Positions 1 to 14,032 of a stretch of DNA of 63,915 bases are shown here, piece after piece. The DNA is from Phoronis australis (Eukaryota > Animalia > Phoronida). Each line of letters begins with the position of its first letter. Position 1 is the stretch's first letter. The stretch spans positions 122,307 to 186,221 of the forward strand of contig NMRA01000366.1 of the NCBI GenBank assembly GCA_002633005.1, read 5' to 3'. The notes under the pieces are model-generated. The model was not told the DNA's origin and made no database searches. It saw nothing but the letters and a program-made list of their open reading frames with translations. A program made the translations under genes and the position numbers.

Positions 1-120
1 CCTCCCATTCCCTCTCTCCCAGATAATGAGTGAACACTGAATCATTTTAATAACATCGTGTGTAGTGGTGTTAAATTTCAATTAGGGACATCACAACTTT
101 GTTATGACATGCTCAGAATC

Positions 121-270
121 ATGAATATTTTTAAAATTTTTTTACTATATATGAGGTAATACATATTAAATATATTATACAATGGTTTTCATCGCATGAA
201 TATTTTTTAAATTCTTTTACTATATATGAGGTAATACATATTAAATATATTATACAATGGTTTTCATCGC
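121..270. repeat. two tandem 75-bp copies
   Basis: 121-195 and 196-270 nearly identical (atgaatattt...ttttcatcgc). Confidence 0.9.
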
Positions 271-3200
271 TCATGATTGAAAAATCTGGAACTTGTAGTA
301 ACAATCTGCTGCTTGTTCTGTTTTTTCAAAGGCCGACTATCTTCTAACTAGCAGTTGTAACTTTACCAAGTTGTCCTACAAGACAGCTAGACTCTGTGTA
401 AAACTTTTTTGGTCTTCCCGATTAAATGATTGGAGCATCTGTGTAATAGTTTTGTATCAATGAAACTTTTTGACTTTTGTCCGTACTATAGAGGATGCTT
501 TGCATTTTGAAGGTAGGTCTCGCGTTCATTTGTATTGCTCTGCGTTTGCTTGACCCCTTGGTTTCTCCAGAAGTTTCTTTCACTTTGATGCATAACCATC
601 CACATGCGTGTAAAAGTCGTGGGTGTTTTTGTGCTTTAATAATTCTTTACCGTGAAATTGTGGCGTTGGTTTTTGATGAGTCCTCCTCTGTTTACCTTCT
701 GCTGGGTCTGTTTCATGAAGTGATTAAGACTTATGTCAGAAATTTGGCATAACGCTCCACACAAGTATTTCTGAAAAATAATTATAAATCTCACTAGTAG
801 CACAAATACACAGTCTCTGAGAATGTGCCTAGAACTTAGTTACTGAGATCATTTGTATCAATTATTTCTAGGTTGTGATGTACTAATAATTTATGTGACT
901 GTCAAAAGTTTTAATTAGTAATTGTGAAGCGGGAACGAATTTTTTTGTCATAAGTTTCAGTCACTTTCATGAAACACTGTGGCCCCTTAAGTTTTTGATT
1001 TGGTTGATGTGATATATTTGTGTCAATTCAAGGCAAAGTCGTCCTGTGAAAAGAGTTTGTGTCATATTTAAACTGGTGATGCGTATTAAGATTTTCCTTG
1101 GGTGTCATGTTCTCACATTCAAATTTGTCTCGTAATGAGTTTGGTTCGCTTGTTTGCAACGAGTTTGAATTTACAGGAAATTTAGAATCATCTCTCAAGC
1201 AAGACATGACATTTTCAGTGTATGTTTGGTACAGGTGTACTCATTCCAATGCTTAATTTACATAAAAACCCTCTTGGCCTATTAAGGCATGGATTTTCAA
1301 ACATTTTCATAATCATGATTCTTGTACTTTCTTCCCAGTTTGCATTTTCTATTGTGAAGAATGCTTGATGGATGAAACGGAAATATTTTTCTATCTTGAG
1401 AGCCATTTTTCCTTTTTGGTAGGTCAGCTTTCAGCAACTATGTCATGCCTCTCCAAAGGCACACGCACCTTTCCCCCTCAGGTGAGGGAGGGCGATGAAG
1501 TCTTATAAGTCTCTTTTCATGAAACAGGTGGCCCCATTGACTCACCAGTCTTCAGTTACTTAATAAGCTCTAATGGTAGTGAAGGATGTTTATTACTTCA
1601 TAGATTGTGTATCAGACATCCCCCATTGTGTTTGACATTCAGGGTAGTCCCCAGCCAGTGCCTGACACTTTTGTTAACAGCCAGGTACTGTGTGGAACCG
1701 GTAATTACTGGGCAAGCTTGGTACCTAGTCACTTAGTCTGCTTTTCAGGCGAAACTACTTGTTATGTGGTCTTTATTTTTCCAACCAGATCTGGCTGCAG
1801 GGTTATTACTATGGTTTCTAAAATGTGTAAATTCATTTGAGAAAATGAGTCCATTACTCTCTTGTCTGCTTGCCCTTGAAGCAGCTATTCCCTGTATATT
1901 ATGTGCGTGTTTTACAGTGGATGTTTTTTTACATTTTATGTCCATTTTTAGTACTTTAGTACTTCTCACTAGTTAGGGCTCTATTGACTGCATGTCAAAA
2001 TCCACCATTTGACTCGCATACTAGTGTAAACATTTTCTCTGTAGTTGTTCTCATTTTTTGTACATGATGTGTGGAGAATTTCTCTCATAACACTGGTCAC
2101 CACTCAGATTCCCTGGGGGGGGGGCAGACAACTTTTATAGTGCTCATTCAGCACGCCCTTTGTATTGATGTAGATCTGAGCTAATATAGTGGAAAGGTAG
2201 TTAGCACTACTGTGGCAGTTGTTATTACATCCATATTGGTTTTCTCTGGCATTTGCACTGAGTCACACTCTGCAACTTAGGAGAGTAGTTTTAACTTGGT
2301 ACATTTTAAAATGACCCAAAAAGTTAATTTGTGTTTCTCTTGACAAAGGTACACTTTCCAAAGGAACGATGGTTATTAAGTTTTGTACCAGTTTCCGTTA
2401 TTTTGTTTTTAATACTCCTGTGTACTTGTTTTTTCTTACCGGGAACGGATTGATATTTTTTTATTTTATTTTGAAACTTGAAGTACCAAAACAGTGGCAG
2501 AGTTTGATCACCAGCGAAACTTAATTAGTTTAGTACATTGTGCACCTACCCCTGAACTTTCCAGATTACAGCTGCAATAAACATTTCACAACAAACAAAA
2601 CTACACATGTCATTAGTTCAAATTTAATCTCAAAACATAAAATATATACAAAAGTGCAAATATTGTGATATAATAGACAAACTGAAGATTTGGAATCTCT
2701 GGACAATTTTGGTTTGTCTGACTACATGTTAATTAGTCTAGCTTTTTGTCAGTCATCAAAAATGAAGAGTGGCCACAAGTTAAATATAACTGTTTCCTAG
2801 TCAAAAATCTGATTTAACGAGATTGAAAGAATATACAATGCTCCATATGATACTGTTGACTCTGATCAGTGTTTGTAAATCCACTGAGTATCAATACTCA
2901 CGGTCGTTTATCTTCGATGTTTGTAGTTTTTATCTTATTAGTTCATCAATTTTTAAAAATCAAAAACCATACTATGGTTGTTTCTTTTCAGATGAATACC
3001 ACAGTGGTGTTCGTTCTTACCGAAAATTATTGTTTAATGCATTTTGAACATTCACCGTTGTGTGCAGGCAGAGATGTATACTACAATTTACAGTCGGGTA
3101 ATTACACTTAATTGGGTCTTGCTGCACCAGACACTGTGATCATCACAACTGTATCCGACTCGGGTGTCTCACTCTCTTTGATCCTGGTAAAAGTCACTCA

Positions 3201-3597
3201 GATGAAGAAGTGGGGAAAATTCCCGCTTATCTTTAGAAATGCTCGATTTCCTTGTCAGCCTATTATTCACAGTGTGATGATAAGAGCAAAATCTAACTGC
3301 AAAATTCGAAAAGGAATTAGTATACATAGTGAAAATAGCATCTTGTTCCATTTTACAGAGAACGCGTTAGAGTATGAACAAGGTAAACTGTGTTCTGAAG
3401 TGGATTTTTTTGTGCGTAACTATCCATATTGATTTTATTTTTGTGACTCCAAAATTTTGTTATTTCAAGTTCGTTTCTTTTCATTAGCGTAAAGTGTTCG
3501 AGTGTGATGGAAGTGTCACCCGTATTACGTTATTTCATCTTTCTCATGCGAGAGTTGCTTGGTTTGTTTATCTTTGAGGTCACGTGCACAGTTCATA

Positions 3598-3808
3598 GGC
3601 CCGTTCCAATAAACTTACTTAAGTTCATTTTTACTTAAGTCTAAGATTTTTCTCAACTTGCAAAATTTGAAACTTCCACATCAAACTTTTAAGTCAAAAA
3701 CTTGTGATCACTTTCTTAGAACAGACGTAAGACAAATTGAAGTTTTATCTTAAAATTGACTTGAATTTAAGATTTGCTGTAGGCTGTCAGTTTTTTTGGA
3801 ACGGGCCC
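3598..3808. mobile_element. ~210-bp MITE with GGCCCGTTCCAA TIRs and TA flanks (Tc1/mariner-like)
   Basis: TA|GGCCCGTTCCAA ... TTGGAACGGGCCC|TA; related diverged copies at ~24620-24865 and ~39165-39385 (inverted). Confidence 0.65.
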
Positions 3809-4880
3809 TATGTGTCCAGGTGTTTTCTGACAAAACACTTAACTATTGATGAAGTGGGGGTGCTCTTACAGACTTGGCAATGATTATGCAATAATCAAAG
3901 CTGTAATATGAATGGTTTGCCTGGCGTTTCTTGAAACACCACTCCATCCATATTTTAAGGTTAACTAATTAACTGAAATAGCCAAAGAAAATGATATTTG
4001 CATAATACAGTCCATGTTAAATGAGTAAATGGTTGCATTTGAAAACATTTCACTTGCTGTTTTACTATGCAGTCACAATATTTTAAACCCTTGAGCTTCT
4101 CCGTGTTAAAAGATGCATTCCTGAAATGAGTGGGGGGAAATGAAGCATGCCTTAGGGAAGTTGTACCTGGACAAATATTGTAAACATTTGGGTTTGTGGG
4201 CATGCTGAGATAAGTGCCTTTTCCAGACACCCACTATCACCTTTTGAGAATAGAATTCCCAGTTATTAGTGCTTAGTATGCCTGACCTCTTTACCATCCA
4301 AATGTTGTGCAAGTGTTCAGACTGGTCCAACCAGTGTAAACATGTGTGGTAATATTCCTTTCTCTAGTCTGACAATTGAGATAAGACAGATAGTGTGATC
4401 TTAATACAACTACATATTTGCAAATCCCAGAAATCTTTTCAAGAAATATCTCTACCAATCTGATGTTGTGCAATCAAAATATCCCAGCAAGTTATGTAGT
4501 CCTTGTTGGCAGACCTTCAAAGGTCCTTTTCAAACATTCTCCTTGTGTCTGTGTTTTTTGAACAGATAATTGCTCAAGGACTGATCCCAGCAACTATGAA
4601 AGTGACACTTGGCAAAATCAAATAAAACTTTAGGTCACTTTCTCACTACATGCGAAACAATGCTTCCACCGAAGTTTCAGTAAGTGGGAAATGTTAACTT
4701 CAGTACTGTAGTTAATCTGCAATTGAAAATTCATCGAAAATAGTAGGATTTAAAAGCAAAGCTTCGGTACTCACCGAAACTTCAGTGTAGTGGGAAATGT
4801 CAGAGCGAAACTTCACCAAAGTTAGAGGTAGAGGTCGTGGCATTGATATACAATCATGGGAGACTCACGCCTAGCCTATG

Positions 4881-4907
4881 TAAATAAATAAATAAATAAA
4901 TAAATAA
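4881..4907 (+). repeat. (TAAA)n microsatellite
   Basis: direct reading. Confidence 0.9.
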
Positions 4908-6046
4908 AAGAAAGCTTATCTGATCACTTTCATCAACACTTCTAAATGGCAGAACAATTTTCTGTTAGCCTCTGACCCATTAATCAGTATTTGTTTGAGA
5001 GTATGATAGAATTGCGTTGTCTGATGTCGCAGTGATAACTTTGATATCGCTGTCTAAGTCGGAAAGGCAAGCGAAGATTTGGCGAACCTTTGGTAAACTG
5101 AAGTTCCTGGGAAAGCAGTTTAAAAGGTGGACATCAATACCAACATACAGTATATGATAAACTATAAGAAGTGCTTTGAGAAATCTTTCAATTAAAGATT
5201 TTCGTGACTAATGAGTTTGTTTAGAGACTATAAGCGAGTATATTATAAAATAAGCTGTCGAACAAAAAGTACAATCATGCATTCAACCAAGTTTGTGTCA
5301 ATGAAGGGCTGCTTACCAAACTATAATGATTTAAAGCATAGTATGAGAAAGTTTCATATTAATCTAATGAGCCATTTCTGAGGTATGACATTCCAAAATT
5401 AGCCATATTTGGACACATTTTCTAGGTTCTTATGTAACCTTGAGCAACTATCCTAGAACCACTGCAGTTTTAAGAGAAACAAGTTACAAACCGAGTCACT
5501 ACAGTCTTGTGTTTATTATGCAAATAAAACTAAGGAGAGATTTTGATGCTGTGCTGGTGCACAGTCGACATTTTGAGGTTCTGTCACAAGTCACTATCAT
5601 GAACACAGTCTTAAGAAGACGCTCAATGACAAAACAAAAATGGCTGACTATGTCTCCACAGATCTCTTAATTTCCAAATTCTAGCCAATAAAGGTGTAGG
5701 CTTGGCATCAAACCTTTTCTATTGTTTCACAAGTTAAACTTATACTGAGGTCTGTTTCAACAAGTCATCTTCGAAGTAAGATAAAATAAGAATGAAGCAG
5801 TTTATTAAGCCGAAAATTACACTTATGAGCTCTGTTCCATCCACAATGTAACCATAATTTGCCTTATTTCTCGACTTGATTTCTTAATTGTGACCGTTGC
5901 AAAATTTACTCAAATCATTGGCGCAGAATGTTACCGTTATGCTACCTATACAGTGCTCCTGGTTGGGAGATCTGTCCCATGTCAAAAGCACCTATTTTTC
6001 TTTTTGACCAAATATTGTTCGATTCCAGGTAAGAACGTTAGGAGTG

Positions 6047-6295
6047 GGAGGAGACAGTGAGGCCTTCGAGGTTGAGTGTGCCTCCTGTTCTCAAGGTTGT
6101 AGGTTCGAATCGCATTGAACTCCACTACTAGACCCTTGAGCCAGATGTCTAGCTCTGCAGCTCGGTCTTCATTTGTGTATAATATGTATTATTTGTGTTT
6201 ATTTGTAAATGAGAATGGTTTCAGATGTTTGACGGGAGCAGTGGGCCTGGCTGAGTGGCCTGATACAATGTGTACCTGACCACCTGCACTATTAA
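6047..6295 (+). mobile_element. tRNA-derived SINE (same family as 61519-61725)
   Basis: degenerate A box, B box GGTTCGAATC at 6102; head (ggaggagacagtgaggcc) and 3' part (tgtgtacctgaccacctgcac) match the 61.5 kb copy. Confidence 0.6.
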
Positions 6296-6455
6296 CGAGT
6301 AAAATTTTCTTAGGTTTGGTTAAGAAATGTAACAGAATAAAATTTAGTATTTTGCCATTCTGTGGACCAGACAGGAGGGGAATTACAATAGCTTCAATTC
6401 GCTGTTTGTAAAGGCTTTTGCGAGTTCTGTACAGACATCAACGCCTGTATTTCAG

Positions 6456-6579
6456 AAGGTGGTAGAAAGAAGTCGTCGTTCCAACGCAGTGAGGAGGTGG
6501 GAGGTTCAGCACGCATGCTGTGCAAACAGTCGAGTAAGGACTCCAATGACGGCAGTGTTTGTAGTGACACGTCTACATC
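6456..6579 (+). CDS. RIMS: RIM (Rab3-interacting molecule / unc-10) internal exon upstream of C2B
   Basis: tttcag acceptor and gtaagt donor; translates GGRKKSSFQRSEEVGGSARMLCKQSSKDSNDGSVCSDTST, resembling the RIM QRSTE...RQxSRESTDGS segment; phase-2 end fits the next exon. Confidence 0.85.
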
Positions 6580-7308
6580 GTAAGTTGTTTTCATGAAGCT
6601 GCCATTCAGAATGCTCACCATTTTAAGATGACTAAATGGTTCAATCCAACTTACTGAGCCCAGTCTCACCAGTAGTTATTTGTCAGTTCATTTCGAGCAT
6701 AAAAACTACTTCTAGGCCCAACTTGAGACCAGTTTTCTAGTCGTAAACTCTCGGAGTCACAAGATTTTTGACAGGAGAGACCAAAGTTTGGTCAAATCCA
6801 TATCCAAATCTAAACTCTCTGTCATTATATGATTTATTTCTTCTTGTACCAGAAGGAATTGATTATAGGTGTCAAGAGAAATTCCCACACCTAATGGACT
6901 GTCTTCCTCAAACTGTTGATCTTGAGATTATAGGTTCTAGTAGCTAACTTCAGCTGATAGATGTAATAATTAATCACTGCCTTCTGTACACAAAAAAGTA
7001 TTGGTACAAAGTTCCTTTCAAGATGGCTAGATGAAGCTAAATTCATGGTTGCAGTGGGCTTGTCTCAGGAATGAAGGGGGGTGTACTTAAAAACTAGCAA
7101 GGTGAAAATGAATTGCTGTTCTGTACTTAGAATTTTGCTGCTAATAGTTTGATGGTCATGGCGGGGAGGCGGTATTTTGTCCCAGTTCCTTATGGTGTAT
7201 ACTGTGTTATGATGTCTCTGGTTATGGATGATATAGCATTTAATTCTTAACATTGCATTTGAAGCTGAGAATGCTATTGGTGATTCGCAATCCACTCTCA
7301 TTCCACAG

Positions 7309-7526
7309 GTGGATGCGAGGCATGCACCCTGGTGGTGACACCGGCGGTGGCCTAACGGACTTCGTGGAGGGTCTCGGTCCATCACAGTTGGTGGGCCGTC
7401 AGGTGCTGGGCTCTCCGTGTATGGGTGAAATCCAGCTGGGTCTGTGCGATCGTAAGGGACGTCTTGAGGTGGAGGTGATACGGGCACGCGGGCTGATCTC
7501 CAAGCCCGCCTCCAAGGTGCTACCAG
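7309..7526 (+). CDS. RIMS: RIM exon, start of C2B domain
   Basis: ccacag/gtgaga splice sites; DFVEGLGPSQLVGRQVLGSPCMGEIQLGL...LEVEVIRARGLISKPASKVLP is the RIM signature (DFLDGLGPAQLVGRQTL...LEVEIIRARGL). Confidence 0.95.
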
Positions 7527-8114
7527 GTGAGAGATTGATCATACAACTTCAGGCCTGTGCAAAGGCTGCTCGTGTTGAAAAACTATAAGTCAGAGTTGAA
7601 ATCATTATGTTTCGTGTATACAGGACCAACAAGTGTCACAGATAGATATTAATACTGTGTACTCTAAAAATCCCGGATTGGGCTTTCAATTAAACACGGG
7701 GCAAAACGTGGTTCCTTAAAATTAAAATTGATTTTCCATTATTTGCAGTAATCAGCCTTTGAAAAATGGAAAATGACGATTTTGGAAATTATTTTTTTGC
7801 AAAATAAGTGGAGAGTTACCGTATGCCTAGCAACAATGTTTCATCAGTTCTTCCCTGAGCTCACAAATCACTTCTGGTCTGAATGGGTTCCAAGTTTCTG
7901 AAACATGCGGGTGGCACAGGTGTATTCTACCTCGGCCTCCCAGTTCCCATCACTTCCACCACCCTCGGTTATCAGAATTTTCCCCTTGGGTTACAAATAG
8001 CCAAGGAGGACCTGCAGAGGAATTTGGTTGTCTAATTTTAGGAATATGTTAAAATTGTCTCACTTTGAGAAGGAAGATGTCTTGCCATAGAAGTCATTTG
8101 ATTTGATTTTTTAG

Positions 8115-8257
8115 CTCCCTACGTCAAGGTTTATCTAATGGACGGTAAGACATGCGTAGAAAAGCAGAAAACATCAACGGCACGGAGAACTCTGGATCCA
8201 TTATATCAACAGCAGATTATCTTCATGGAACGTTATCGGCCAAACAAGGTGTTACAG
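8115..8257 (+). CDS. RIMS: RIM exon, C2B domain
   Basis: ttttag/gtatgt; APYVKVYLMDGKTCVEKQKTSTARRTLDPLYQQQIIF...KVLQ; phases consistent with both neighbouring exons. Confidence 0.95.
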
Positions 8258-8704
8258 GTATGTTTGCTAAGTAACCCACACGTTTTGTTCTGTGCTCACC
8301 GTAACGTAAAATTTAAAGATCAGTTAAGGGTATGTTGAGGTTAGTGACTCCTATGGCCTGTTTCTAGAAGAGTCTATTGCCAAAAGTTTTTTTTTGTCTT
8401 ACGGGTTTTATTCTGCTCCCGAGCAAACTACAGATTTCTGCTTTTGGCTTCGAATTGTAGACAGATGTTGTGACTTTTAGCCTTAATTTGATTTTGTGAA
8501 GCAGACTAAGCTACCCGCTGTTTGATTTTTAGTCAAAAGACAATAGACTCTTCGAGAAACGACCATTAGACTCTTCGAGAAACAACCATCTGTTCTTATC
8601 TAGGCTTGATGTTGGTAGGATTTGAAGTTTTTTTGTGAAACAAATTTGTCTGCGTGGTTTCAATAGATATTTAAATCATTAAACCTTTGGTTCTGAACTT
8701 TCAG

Positions 8705-8923
8705 GTGACTGTATGGGGTGATTATGGTAGAATGGACAGGAAAACGTTTATGGGTGTGGCCCAGATCAACCTGGATGGACTTGACCTTTCCAACATTGTG
8801 ATTGGCTGGTACAAATTGTACTCTACATCGTCATTGGTCGGAGGTCATGGTCGCCATGGATCCCTGGCTGGCTCTTTAACATCACTGGACAGTTCGTTTG
8901 GAAGTGGGGTGACCTTTTCGTAA
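8705..8923 (+). CDS. RIMS: RIM terminal coding exon, end of C2B and stop
   Basis: tttcag acceptor; VTVWGDYGRMDRKTFMGVAQINLDGLDLSNIVIGWYKLYSTSSL...TFS then TAA at 8921-8923. Confidence 0.95.
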   Translation: MTVWGDYGRMDRKTFMGVAQINLDGLDLSNIVIGWYKLYSTSSLVGGHGRHGSLAGSLTSLDSSFGSGVTFS

Positions 8924-11900
8924 CCCCAAGAACGATCTAGAAAGCTTTTATATGTGTGCCAATTGGATCGTGAAACTGGAAATCGGTATTACTCATAACT
9001 CACTATTCACAAAATCTACTTTTTGCCATCTAGTCTGATTGATGTTCCTTAATTACACAGATAAGCCAACTAAAGGCGTTTCCAACCGACTTTTACGTAC
9101 ATCGCGTCATCATCGTATAGTTGTGTTCGAGTTTGCCAATGTGATTATTAAAGAGCTGGAAGCCAGTTGACGTGTATTTTATACTGCTGCCTACAGAGTT
9201 CTTGTAGATTTCTTTCATAATTCGTAACTTATGCTCTGCAACAAACCACTGTAAGTTGTTGATATTGTACTGTATGTTGTTTTTGACTGTTTCTGATTAA
9301 TTGACCTTTAACCCTGTGTGTTTTTGAAACTTGATCTTGCCACCTGTTAAGCAAGGATTGCTTGAGTTGTTCGATGAACCTAACGTTTGTGACAACTTTG
9401 GTCTCAGCAATGATAATCCTGGTGTGACCATGCTAGGCGTGGTGCTTACACCGCTGCTCATAACAAAATATTGTGCAGAACCTAAACGTACACCAGGAGG
9501 CGGAACTACAGATAAGTAATTCCTCAGCTCCTCTGTCTTTGCGTAGAGCCACGTCTTGAACATTTGACATCATGGTTCTCATTTGTCATAGAAAAATGGA
9601 AACCTAGAAAAAAAAAATTATTCCTATGCATGGAAAAGTCATAGAAATAGAAAGGACAAAAACTCGTAGAAGTTCTCACAAAATAATTGAAAACTCATAT
9701 TCTATGATAGATTTTGCGAGGCTATGCATCCAATTAACCGAAATCATAATTATGTCCAATTTTTGTGATGAAAATAGTTAACGGTTGTGTTGTCATAACA
9801 TATGTAATTATGTGCGCTGAGGCCCTCTGTTGGCTTTAATAGAATTGAACTTTCTTTGAACATGTCTTTTCTGCTGATCAAAGAACATTGTAGGCAAACC
9901 AGTCCTCTAAATTTCATTAAACCGTTTTGTTTTAGTCTTTTGTGACACGCGAACGCAATCTCGTCTAAAGATGACTCCTGCACGCACTGAGATGGATTTG
10001 ATTAATGATGTTCCTCAAATTTGATTTTTGCTTATAATTTTTGTGTTTCAAATATATCATGAAAAATGGCTATGTATTTGTTATCTTTTGACCTTAACCA
10101 TGAGGCCACCATGTTTGAACCTTCTGTGTTACAGTCATTTTGAATATATCATCTCCCATAATCAAAAAAACCTAACTACCTCTTGTCATGGAAAACCTAG
10201 AAAAATAGAAAATGACAAAAATATTTTCCATGCATGATAAAGGAAAAACTGGTGGAAATTTTTGGATAGTCCAATAAGATAAACACCCACAATTTTTTCA
10301 GTGGTGTGGCATGCTTATAAATTAAAGTTTTCTTGACAATAATTTAAAAAAAAAATTGAAAATCTACCTTTTATTTGAAAAATAGCTTCTGGAAGCTGGT
10401 GGGAAGTGAAAAGGATGCAACTGAAAGGCATGCGAAGGACATTCAAAAGCGTCACCTGGGGAATGTATGGCTAATAACTGTTGTTTGATGGGGGTTCTCT
10501 CATGCAGATCACAAAGTGTTTTCCTTTTCATGGTTGGTCAGTTGAAGTTAGTTTGTGACTGACTGACCAATGAGAATTGCGCTGTCTTGGTGGTATGTAA
10601 TCTGCTTTGGAAGGGGTGGATGGCCAGGATTTCATTGCTGTGACCAAACTCTAGTAGTTGTAGTTGTAATTACTGAATATTGTTAAATTTTTTATATGGG
10701 TGCTGGGTACGTAAATGTTTTCTCGACTCCAGTTAAAATTATATCCTACATTTGTTCGTAGCTAGCTTTATTGCAAAACGTTTTACAAATTTAGTCACGA
10801 AAGAAGGCATACCAAAGTTGCCGTTCTATTTGTAGGTAGGTTTTTAGTGCTACTATTTGTTTATTTATTTATTTAGTCCTCGTGCATGTTTTAAAAATAA
10901 TATGAAAAGTTGCAAATATATGCGTAGGGGTGCCTGTTCTCAGTGTGAAAGAAATTAAGAGAAGAGGGCTTAAAACCCATTGTATTACCCACAATGCACA
11001 TTGGTCAGTTGCTTGTCTTAAGTTGTGTTTGCGGTATGGGTGATCAGTTGTGCAATCTCAGAAATAATGGCAGGGCACTTAACATAGAGAAGAACGGAAG
11101 ACATATAAATGCTGTTACTTACTAGGCTGTAACAATTTGTTATGGTATTTTCGTAAAAGTGAAACATAACATGAAAGCTGCTTCAAGTTAGGTCACATTA
11201 TGTCAGAAAATGGAATTTTATTGAGTGGAACAGACCTTGGCTGTAAGAAAAAGTGAGGAGATGATGCCCCCTCGACTACATCTCTGCTTGTGATCTTGAT
11301 TATTTAACGCTTGTTATTTCTACAATGGTGTTCCAATGTACATGTACAAATTATCTGTTTGATTTGCAATGCTGTCACCAGGAAATTCAGGAAGCTTGAT
11401 AAATATCCATGGAGACGAAATATATGGTTCATTGCTTGTCCCACTAATCTCTCTCTCTCTGACATTTGGAATCTAGGTACCTACAGTGTTTTTCTACTTT
11501 TGCGTCAAGGAGAGTTCAGATTGGGACTACACCACTGGGTGCATTACCTGTGGTGAATTTAACAGGACACTTTTCATAGATTCAGTTTTTCGATATTCTT
11601 TTTTGCTTAAGTGGAAAGTTACCACAAAAATTGCATCCAATCTTCAATTTGTGGCACTGAAATTTGCTAGAAAAAAGGTTACAAAGTTATATTGACATCT
11701 TCACTACTTAATTTATATTTTTAGGAACAATTTTTTAAATCTCAGACATGGCTACCCTGTTTTTATCTGTTGTTTATCATTCTGATTGTTTAGATGGTCA
11801 CAGTTCGTGGTGGGGCCCCAATTTGTTTGAAGGCGTTCATCTGGAAGTTCAATAATTCTCTCACCACGTGGTCGATGTTACATCCTATAAAGTCGGGAAC

Positions 11901-13150
11901 CTTAAACTTTTCAATTATGCAATGTTAGCCTAAACTGAGGTTATGTAACAAAATTTTGTTTATGTGTGTTGTAGATGCTACTGTGAAAAGTTTGTCCACT
12001 GTTGTCTATTTTTGTTTTGTTTGTACAGATGTTTTGATGTTCATTCTGGTAAACAGATTTTTCACCGTATTGTTCAAGTCGGGTGCCAGGTTGGATGCTT
12101 ATAGCAAATGATGCCAAGTTCCGGTTCACTGGCGTTTTAAGGTCAAATAAAATCATATTCGGTTCTGGTCACAGTTTTGTTTCTGGATATTCTAATTCCT
12201 GGTGCGATATTTTTAGTTACTCACCATTTCAAAAAAGAGCATCACCTGAGACAGTAAAAATGGTGTTTTGTTTGGCAAAATCGCGGGTTTCAAACTTTTT
12301 TCACTCTTACACACGTGCCTTTGTGTGGCTCTGAAAAAAACACGAGATCTTGGCTGAAAGTGATGTGGGCGGGTTTTTGCTGGTCGCTGTGCGCATGTGT
12401 CAAAGTGAGGTCATAATAACCAAGTAGGCTTTTTTGGTCCTAAGAGACAGTAACGTAGTTTAAGTTTCATGTTTACTGTGAGGAGCGATTTTGACATCTT
12501 CATTTGAGTATTTTGAGGTCAGTTCTCGCCGTAGTGTTAAACCAATATGTCTGACCTTAGACCATGAGTATTATATATCCCGTAGTCTGGCCATGTCTAT
12601 CTCAATTCCTACGCTAAAGTGTTTTCCTTTAGTAACTAAAGCTTATATCCTGCCATATAACGTGCCTGTTATGTTGTACTGGTTTTTGCCCCAGGGTGTG
12701 TTTATTGTTCCTACTTTAGAGTGACCATGCCTGTCTCTCTGAGGTTGTGCCTGGATCACAACCTCTTGCATCGCATTATTTCTTTAACGTTAATAGAGGT
12801 GGTAGTTGGAGACTACATGTAAAATGCAAGGAATATTCCGATTCGCATGTACGTTGAGAGTCGTGAATTTGTAAATTTGGCTGTGAGCATTCTCTTCGTA
12901 AACGCACTTACTGGAAACGTATTTGACTGCTTTTAACTTTTTGATTGATTATTCATTCAGTTTCTAGAATTACTTATTTGTTTATTTATTGACTAGACTC
13001 CATATAATGCAGTTTGCAACTCTGTGTAGTTTTGTAGGGTGGTTGTACGTGTATGTATATATTATCCTCTATTTAAATACGGTTGTGAAAGTCGAGACAT
13101 TTTCAATATGGCTTCAGTTTTGAATAAAGATATTGTTCAATTTCTTAAAA
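8924..13150 (+). other. probable long RIM 3' UTR ending near AATAAA 13123-13128
   Basis: no coding signal; T/GT-skewed + strand; AATAAA at 13123 followed by T/G-rich sequence; the true end cannot be proven from DNA. Confidence 0.45.
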
Positions 13151-13209
13151 CATATAATAGGTTTGATGTCAAGTCTTCAGGGCTTAAAAGGTCGTTTTCA
13201 GTGGTTTAT

Positions 13210-13326
13210 TTAGAGGGTGGCCAAGGGGGCGCTATGTCGCCCCGCCCCCCCCCCCCTAAACTCCCAAATTCCATTTTGCAATTCGGGGGTGCGAATGTCT
13301 GACGAGCAAAATCCTGCTTAATACTC
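13210..13326 (+). mobile_element. non-autonomous DNA transposon/MITE fragment truncated by gap
   Basis: shares ttcgggggtgcgaatgtctgac...aaaatcctg..taatactc with 33092-33367 and 63321-63490. Confidence 0.7.
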
Positions 13327-13971
13327 NNNNNNNNNNNNNNNNNNNNNNNNNNNNNNNNNNNNNNNNNNNNNNNNNNNNNNNNNNNNNNNNNNNNNNNNNN
13401 NNNNNNNNNNNNNNNNNNNNNNNNNNNNNNNNNNNNNNNNNNNNNNNNNNNNNNNNNNNNNNNNNNNNNNNNNNNNNNNNNNNNNNNNNNNNNNNNNNNN
13501 NNNNNNNNNNNNNNNNNNNNNNNNNNNNNNNNNNNNNNNNNNNNNNNNNNNNNNNNNNNNNNNNNNNNNNNNNNNNNNNNNNNNNNNNNNNNNNNNNNNN
13601 NNNNNNNNNNNNNNNNNNNNNNNNNNNNNNNNNNNNNNNNNNNNNNNNNNNNNNNNNNNNNNNNNNNNNNNNNNNNNNNNNNNNNNNNNNNNNNNNNNNN
13701 NNNNNNNNNNNNNNNNNNNNNNNNNNNNNNNNNNNNNNNNNNNNNNNNNNNNNNNNNNNNNNNNNNNNNNNNNNNNNNNNNNNNNNNNNNNNNNNNNNNN
13801 NNNNNNNNNNNNNNNNNNNNNNNNNNNNNNNNNNNNNNNNNNNNNNNNNNNNNNNNNNNNNNNNNNNNNNNNNNNNNNNNNNNNNNNNNNNNNNNNNNNN
13901 NNNNNNNNNNNNNNNNNNNNNNNNNNNNNNNNNNNNNNNNNNNNNNNNNNNNNNNNNNNNNNNNNNNNNNN
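13327..13971. other. assembly gap (N run)
   Basis: N run. Confidence 1.

Positions 13972-14028
<57 letters not shown>
13972..14028. repeat. (GT)n microsatellite at gap edge
   Basis: direct reading. Confidence 0.95.

Positions 14029-14032
<4 letters not shown>

Noticed and set aside
1423-1481. Possible extra RIM exon ending cag|gtgagg (also 5953-6029)
   Set aside because: Not frame-preserving and no RIM-like sequence
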